Made by a program: the position numbers and the translations under genes. Below are positions 58,074 to 64,000 of a DNA stretch of 64,000 nucleotides, one piece after another. Under the pieces are notes generated by a model. That model was not told the DNA's origin. It worked only from the letters and a program-made list of their open reading frames with translations, and did no database searches. The stretch is from Promethearchaeota archaeon (GTDB taxonomy: Archaea; Asgardarchaeota; Lokiarchaeia; Sigyniarchaeales; SOKP01): positions 1 through 64,000 of the forward strand of contig JAEOTZ010000056.1 in NCBI GenBank assembly GCA_016839585.1, written 5' to 3'. The stretch's first letter is position 1; each line of letters starts with the position of its first letter.

Positions 58074-60131
58074 ATGAAAATAATAAATGCTAAATCCTTA
58101 ATGGTTCTTTCTTTGTTTCTTACCTCGATGATAGCAATGCCAGTTATGGTATCTGCTGACGATGATAACAAGTTTGATTTTGATCAGTGGGGAGGTAATG
58201 AGGATTTTTTTAATAGTTTTCAGGGAGGTTTTGGAAGTATGTTAGGAGGATTAGGTTATGCTGGAAATCTATTAGGACATGTGTTCCTGATGTTGTTTCA
58301 TCAAGCATATGAGAATTTTTCTGCCAGTGAGATGATGTCAGGGGTCTATGTATTAAGTGCATTTAATGAAACTTCAACCCCAGTAAGAATTAATGATTTT
58401 GGACCTGTTGGCGAAACGGAGATCCATCTTTTACCAGAACATTATGCTAATCATTCAGGCATTTCTGGAACAGCTTACTGCGTAGTAAATAAGAGTGGTT
58501 CATATGAATATAGTATGACTGTGGGAGCAGGAGTCACACTAATAATTTGGGATAACGACCATTCATTCATAAATGCTGTCAAAAAATTATTTAATTTCTT
58601 TAAAACATTAGAAGAGAGCGATTTAGATGGAGAAGAAATTCCTGAGGATCTTATTAGAGAAGGAGTAGAACTAATTGTTTGGTTTTTAATCCATATAAAT
58701 GACATTTTCACTGGTGATGAACTTTTTATATTGAATCCCATTACCTGGCAGAAATTAGAAATTACTCCAATAAATTTTCAAATAACAAAAACATGGTACC
58801 ATTCAGGTAATACAATAATTGGAGACGGTGATGATGTTGAGCTTGAAGTAGCCTATCCATCAATACTAAGTCCTTTGAATATGGAAGCCGATGCCAGAAA
58901 AGATATTTATATGCAATGGTTATTGAGAGATACAGAAATTATAAATTCCGGTAAAAAATTATACTGGACAGCATTTACCTTCGATTTAATTGAATTTTGG
59001 ATGAAAAATTTTGAAATTCATATTGATATAGCAGAACTTATTGACATTGGAAGTGGAGAGGGGGGAGATCCTGCGAAAGCGTTTCAGGGATGTGATATTG
59101 AATTTTACCTATTTTCCCATCATTTAGCTGGTGCTTTCCTCTATAATGATTTAAATTTTGATCGTGAACTTACTGTGAACTATACAGATACAACAGTAAC
59201 AATTGACGGTGAGGATAAAGATATATCATATCCAGTGAGTTCTGAACTTACTCATAGAATAGTTTTAAGAAGTGTAGACAAGTACAATTTTACACTTCCA
59301 ACTAAGAATGATGATAATACTATTTCATGGGGATTACGATTACAAGATGTTAATATCTCTGCTGTTCCTGTTGGGATTGATTTAGATTCCTATCTAGCCG
59401 CACCTCAAGAAAATCTAGATTATATGCAATTTGGATTTACTTTTGATCCAGAAAAGAATGTAGAAGGGGCAGATGCCGTAGGGAAAATAAAACTAGACCA
59501 AAACTTTACTCCATGGAATAATAATACTGATCCCTACGCAAATGCTGATATTATAGATTTGGATATGGCAATAATTTATGTGTCAACTATATTACATTTC
59601 CACTTAAATGTAGCAACTTCTGGCGACGTTACGCCTCCTGATGCAAACTTAGATGATTTTTATGATGATGATCCTAATGATGACGATTATGTTAAAGAGA
59701 CTCATGAATTAAAGGTTGGAAATTACCTTGGCGGCTCAGAGCCACTAGATTTCGTTGATATTGCAGGACCCTATTATGATTATGGTAATGTAACCCTCCC
59801 TAGACGTGATAATGCAAGTACTTCTATCATCCCTCTTGCTGTATGGACTGGTGAAATGGAAAGACATGATACATTTGTACCACCAAGTGAAACAGATGTA
59901 AAACCTTTTGCCACTGATATTAGGGTTAATATAAGTTTCACTGTAGTAGCTTACGCCGTTTGTTATCCTGAATTTGAGGATGGTACTGGCATCTGGCATG
60001 ATCCAACCTTCAGTGTTTTTATGACTTTTCAAACCCCAGAGTTCTGGGCATTAATAGTATTGATTGCTGGCATTGGATTAGTCGGTGTTGCTACTATCCT
60101 AATAAAAAGAAGAAAGGACATGAGAGTCTAA
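58074..60131 (+). CDS. large acidic cell-surface protein with C-terminal TM anchor
   Basis: Signal peptide, Asp-rich beta-rich body, many N-x-S/T sequons, IWHDPTFSV + TM + KRRK. Confidence 0.8.
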   Translation: MKIINAKSLMVLSLFLTSMIAMPVMVSADDDNKFDFDQWGGNEDFFNSFQGGFGSMLGGLGYAGNLLGHVFLMLFHQAYENFSASEMMSGVYVLSAFNETSTPVRINDFGPVGETEIHLLPEHYANHSGISGTAYCVVNKSGSYEYSMTVGAGVTLIIWDNDHSFINAVKKLFNFFKTLEESDLDGEEIPEDLIREGVELIVWFLIHINDIFTGDELFILNPITWQKLEITPINFQITKTWYHSGNTIIGDGDDVELEVAYPSILSPLNMEADARKDIYMQWLLRDTEIINSGKKLYWTAFTFDLIEFWMKNFEIHIDIAELIDIGSGEGGDPAKAFQGCDIEFYLFSHHLAGAFLYNDLNFDRELTVNYTDTTVTIDGEDKDISYPVSSELTHRIVLRSVDKYNFTLPTKNDDNTISWGLRLQDVNISAVPVGIDLDSYLAAPQENLDYMQFGFTFDPEKNVEGADAVGKIKLDQNFTPWNNNTDPYANADIIDLDMAIIYVSTILHFHLNVATSGDVTPPDANLDDFYDDDPNDDDYVKETHELKVGNYLGGSEPLDFVDIAGPYYDYGNVTLPRRDNASTSIIPLAVWTGEMERHDTFVPPSETDVKPFATDIRVNISFTVVAYAVCYPEFEDGTGIWHDPTFSVFMTFQTPEFWALIVLIAGIGLVGVATILIKRRKDMRV

Positions 60132-60267
60132 AAAATATTTTTTTAATATATTTTATTTTTTTTTTATTTTTATTTTCTTGAAACTTTATCCTACAAAGTT
60201 TTAAATTTTGATATATCTAAATGATATAAAGAGAAAAAAATTTTACAAGTATCAGTGAGAAGAAGAA

Positions 60268-62058
60268 ATGCCAATTAAGTTAGATGATACTTATCAAGTA
60301 GATGAAAATAAACAATGGTTTAAGAAATGGTGGCCTGAGGGAGTCCCTTTTAATACTACATTTGAAGAAAAAACTACAAATGAATTTTTAGACAAACAAG
60401 TGGTGAAGCATTCTAATGAAAATTTAATTTGGTTTTTAGATACATGGATTTCTTATAAACAATTTCAAGAGTATGTAAAATCATTCGCTACCGCATTAGC
60501 TAATTTGGGTATTAAAAAAGGGGATGTTGTAGCAATACACTTACCTAACTGTCCTCAATACATAGTAGGGTATTATGCTATTACTAGAATAGGAGCTATT
60601 GCTAGTGGAATTAATCCCACTTACCAACCTATGGAAATATTACATCAGCTTGACATTATTAAGCCTAAACTTTTAATTGTATTAGATGCTTTATATAAAA
60701 CTTACATAAAACCTATAGTTGAGGAATCAAGTTTGGAAATAATTGTTTATACTAATCTAGCAGATCTTACGGATATAATTAGTGTAAAAAAGATAGTTGG
60801 CAAATTTGTAAAGAAGATTCCTACAGGGAAAGTTGATTATCCTAATGCATATAGATTTAAAGATCTTTTAAAAACTAAGTCAAATGTTCCAGAAATTAAG
60901 ATTAATGTTAAGACCCATCCTGCAACTTATATAATGACCGGTGGAACCACAGGTTTGCCAAAAGCAGCAGTTTTAACGCATTTTAATGTAGTATCAAATG
61001 CTAATCAATGTAAATTATGGTTAGGTGGAGAAAGACCATGTATAGGAAATATTGGAATACTTCCATTATTTCACAGTTTTGCTCATACAGTAGTTATGAA
61101 TACAACTATAGCAGTTGGAGGTTGGATCATGCTCTTTCCAAGTCCTCCTTCACAAACAGAATTATGTGAAGAAATCGAAAAATTACCATGTACAGAAGGT
61201 TTAATTTATGCGGGTACTGAAATGTTATTTAAAAGGCTAGCCGAACTTAAAAGGTTAAAAAAAAGATACCCGGGAGTTATGGGAAAATTAATATTATGTG
61301 TTTCAAGTGCCGGTCCATTGCATAAAGCGGTACATGATGCTTTTATTGAAAACACAGGTGGTAGAATTGTTGAAGGTTATGGACTATCAGAGGCTAGTCC
61401 TGCAGTAAGCGCTGGTAATTTATTTGGTGAAAGTCCAATTGGCAGCATAGGTATGCCATTCCCAGGAACAGAATGGGGTATCTGGCCTACGGAAGATTTC
61501 AATTCAGGTCCTATATGTGTAGGAAATACAGATGAAAAAAATTTTGGTATTGAACATTCAGGAGAAATTTGTGTCGCAGGTCCTCAAGTTATGTTAGAGT
61601 ATTTAAACGAACCAGATGAGACTGCTGAAGCAATTTTAGAATACAAAGGTAAATTATGGTTATTAACAGGAGATATTGGTTTTATGAATGAAGATGGTAC
61701 AATAGTAATTAGAGATCGAAAGAAACAGCTTATTAAACATAAGGGTTATTCTGTATTTCCTAAAGAAGTAGAAGAACTCCTAATGAAACATCCAGATATT
61801 ACAGAAGCTGCTGTAGCAGGACTGCCCCATGAAGAATATGGAGAAGTTATAAAAGCATGGGTTTCAATAAAAGAAGATTGTCATTTATCACCTCAGATAA
61901 TAAAAGAATGGGCTACTGAAAATATGACACTTTATAAAGTCCCTTATTCTATTGCTATTGTTGGAGAATTACCAAAAAACGTCATAGGAAAGGTTCAGCG
62001 TAGAGCACTACAAATTAAAGATCCGTTATACATTGAAAAATATGGAAATTCTCAATGA
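60268..62058 (+). CDS. long-chain fatty acyl-CoA ligase (AMP-binding)
   Basis: MTGGTTGLPKA, LPLFHSF, EGYGLSEASP, GPQVM..Y, TGDIG, DRKKQLI, GKVQRR. Confidence 0.92.
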   Translation: MPIKLDDTYQVDENKQWFKKWWPEGVPFNTTFEEKTTNEFLDKQVVKHSNENLIWFLDTWISYKQFQEYVKSFATALANLGIKKGDVVAIHLPNCPQYIVGYYAITRIGAIASGINPTYQPMEILHQLDIIKPKLLIVLDALYKTYIKPIVEESSLEIIVYTNLADLTDIISVKKIVGKFVKKIPTGKVDYPNAYRFKDLLKTKSNVPEIKINVKTHPATYIMTGGTTGLPKAAVLTHFNVVSNANQCKLWLGGERPCIGNIGILPLFHSFAHTVVMNTTIAVGGWIMLFPSPPSQTELCEEIEKLPCTEGLIYAGTEMLFKRLAELKRLKKRYPGVMGKLILCVSSAGPLHKAVHDAFIENTGGRIVEGYGLSEASPAVSAGNLFGESPIGSIGMPFPGTEWGIWPTEDFNSGPICVGNTDEKNFGIEHSGEICVAGPQVMLEYLNEPDETAEAILEYKGKLWLLTGDIGFMNEDGTIVIRDRKKQLIKHKGYSVFPKEVEELLMKHPDITEAAVAGLPHEEYGEVIKAWVSIKEDCHLSPQIIKEWATENMTLYKVPYSIAIVGELPKNVIGKVQRRALQIKDPLYIEKYGNSQ

Positions 62059-62192
62059 GGTTTTATTAAAAACAAGCATTATAATGAACAACCCCAAAAA
62101 CATTATTTTTTTTTTTATTTTTCAAGATATCTTAAAATATCAAAAAATAATAAATAATTTTAAAAATAATATAAAGATAAAGAAGTGCATAG

Positions 62193-62224
62193 ATTCTAGT
62201 GTATAATTTCTAGTACACTAGAAT
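62193..62224. promoter_or_regulatory. perfect 11-bp inverted repeat, candidate operator
   Basis: ATTCTAGTGTA-N10-TACACTAGAAT, about 70 nt upstream of a wHTH gene. Confidence 0.5.
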
Positions 62225-62293
62225 AGTAATTAATAAAAATATAAGTTTTTTTTAATAAAATAAGAAATAAATAAAACTTAGAGAGACAATATT

Positions 62294-63220
62294 TTGTCAG
62301 AAAAACCAGAAATAGAAAAACTTGAAATAGAGGCTGCGAAACTAGAAGGAGTAAAAGTAAAAGATAACGAGCTTTTATTAGTTGATGAATTTGTTCAAGA
62401 TTATGCTCCAGAAATTGCTCACATTTATGATTTTAGAGAGGATGAATCAGAAGAACAACAAATTAAAACAGGACGACTTCATGAAAACCGTATCTTAGGT
62501 ATTATCTTAAAATTTTACCTAGCAGGTAAAAAGAAAATTACTACAACTGAAGTTGAGCAAGAGTATAAAAGATATTATAAAGAAATTGCTCGTTCTACAA
62601 TTTCGACTTACTTAAATATGCTAAAAAAAGAATCCACATTATATAAAGAAAGAGATGGTAGAGTAGTTTATTACATTTTTTATGAAGATCCTCCAAAAAA
62701 TATTAAGCCATTTTGGTTTACTAGAATTTTTTGTATTGTTCCAGCTTACTTTGATAGAGCAATATATTTTTCGAAATTTTATCTAGAGTCTGAATTATAT
62801 ACTCAAGAATACATTAAACGAACCAGCAATGGAAATAAACAACTATTAAACAAGAATTTCAAATTTCTGACTGGTTTAATTGTTTTAAATATTTTAAAAA
62901 ATAGAAGTTCAAAATGTGTACTTTGTCAATTTAGTAAACGAGAAATTTATAATACTTTACAGGAGGTAATATCGGTTGCAATTAAAGACCGATCTGATGT
63001 TTTACCTGAAGAATTGTTAGATATTCTAATCCATGAGTATTCAGAAATCCCTATATTTAATGGGATCAATATTGAATGTCAAGAAACAGAAAAACTAATA
63101 CTTGAAAAGATCTTTAAATTTGCTGACAATTATAAAAAAGATTTAGAATTTCAGATAATGGTTTCAAGTAGAAGACAAGATATAAGATTACAACAAAAAG
63201 AAATTATGGAACAAGAATAA
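62294..63220 (+). CDS. winged-helix DNA-binding protein
   Basis: ITTTEVEQEY....KEIARSTISTYLNML.KE..L..ERDGRVVYY; one CxxC. Confidence 0.7.
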   Translation: MSEKPEIEKLEIEAAKLEGVKVKDNELLLVDEFVQDYAPEIAHIYDFREDESEEQQIKTGRLHENRILGIILKFYLAGKKKITTTEVEQEYKRYYKEIARSTISTYLNMLKKESTLYKERDGRVVYYIFYEDPPKNIKPFWFTRIFCIVPAYFDRAIYFSKFYLESELYTQEYIKRTSNGNKQLLNKNFKFLTGLIVLNILKNRSSKCVLCQFSKREIYNTLQEVISVAIKDRSDVLPEELLDILIHEYSEIPIFNGINIECQETEKLILEKIFKFADNYKKDLEFQIMVSSRRQDIRLQQKEIMEQE

Positions 63221-63294
63221 ATACAATCCATAAGATAAATTATAATTTATTTCCTTACTTATAAAATAAGATTTTAAGTGTTCTTTGATAAACA

Positions 63295-63825
63295 CTAAAG
63301 CAGATTAGATTTTTGCATCATTAAACTTGTTAGTGCTTGAAATGTTTCTTCAACATTTTCTCCTGTTTTAGAACTACACTCTATAAAACCGTCTACTCCT
63401 CTTGATTTTGAAATATTAATTCCTTCCTCTCCAGAGATTTCACGATCATCAATTAAATCTGCCTTCCCGCCAACTACAATAACAGGAAATTGATCTTCTG
63501 ATCTAATTTCTTTTTTAACAACTAATAACCAATCATCTATGTGAGCCAAACTCGAGTAATTTGTGACATCGTACATGAAGAGCGCCCCATTTGCACCCCT
63601 AACATATGTTGGCAACAGGAATCTAAACCTTTCTTCTCCTCCAAAATCCCAGATCTGAAGTTTCACTTTCTTTTCATTAATTTCCAAACTTTTTACTTCA
63701 AAATCCACTCCTATTGTCATCTTAGAATCTGATTTAAACAAATTAGTAAGGAACCTTTGGGTTAAAGTAGTTTTTCCGGTTCCAGCATCACCGAATATGA
63801 CAACTTTATATGTTGCGTCGTACAT
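63295..63825 (-). CDS. Rab-like small GTPase
   Basis: GDAGTGKTT, TIGVDF, KLQIWDFGGEERFR, YVRGA, GKAD, SSKTGENV. Confidence 0.92.
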   Translation of the reverse strand: MYDATYKVVIFGDAGTGKTTLTQRFLTNLFKSDSKMTIGVDFEVKSLEINEKKVKLQIWDFGGEERFRFLLPTYVRGANGALFMYDVTNYSSLAHIDDWLLVVKKEIRSEDQFPVIVVGGKADLIDDREISGEEGINISKSRGVDGFIECSSKTGENVEETFQALTSLMMQKSNLL

Positions 63826-64000
63826 TAACTTTCTCTTCCGAATCTTTATTTTGGTTAAATTTTTATAATTGAGGGAGGTATTTTTTATCTTTTTTAATTA
63901 TATAGATATTTTACATTTAAATTTTATTTTTAAGGATTAATGTTTTAATAGATGGTTATTCTTTTAAGATTTCTATGTTTAATATGTAATTCATATATAT

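Noticed and set aside
1032-63732. Short antisense or overlapping ORFs in the track (e.g. 1032, 2335, 5799, 10480, 12148, 13987, 14893, 16808, 19208, 19758, 20738, 20956, 23453, 25111, 31653, 36674, 37787, 41983, 43919, 45728, 47368, 48214, 49800, 50788, 54242, 56216, 58475, 59745, 63541)
   Set aside because: Shadows of better-supported genes, with no recognisable motifs.
1-64000. tRNA, rRNA, transposase or integrase genes
   Set aside because: None recognised by eye; the intergenic regions lack GC-rich cloverleaf or T-loop motifs.

Overview
AT-rich archaeal chromosome segment, almost certainly from a Lokiarchaeia/Promethearchaeota (Asgard) genome. The evidence is a Loki-type profilin, two Rab/Ras-like GTPases, two longin-like proteins, a JAMM/MPN protein, a Loki-CTERM protein, eL38 and SepRS. 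Most of the window is housekeeping: ribK, ribL, sepS, thrS, aspS, map, prs, truD, pth2, NusA-like, eL38, eL40 and a thermosome subunit. An accessory island at about 37.5-50.4 kb is built from three families of degenerate direct repeats and carries no integrase or transposase. The most striking unexplained signal is a ~466-nt ORF-free element at 26996-27461. It has a TATA-like promoter, a 13-bp end-to-end helix, many internal helices whose imperfections are mostly G-U, a canonical k-turn, two candidate pseudoknots and a T11 terminator. It looks like a large structured ncRNA but lacks the RNase P and SRP hallmark motifs. Other leads: a Bro1/ALIX-like protein, a multipass-membrane/longin fusion near profilin, an acyltransferase-GT87-acyltransferase cluster, several small ORFs missed by the ORF track (some apparently with non-canonical starts), and a Cys-to-Asp zinc-ligand change in ThrRS. 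All family calls come from motif recognition by eye; no searches were run.
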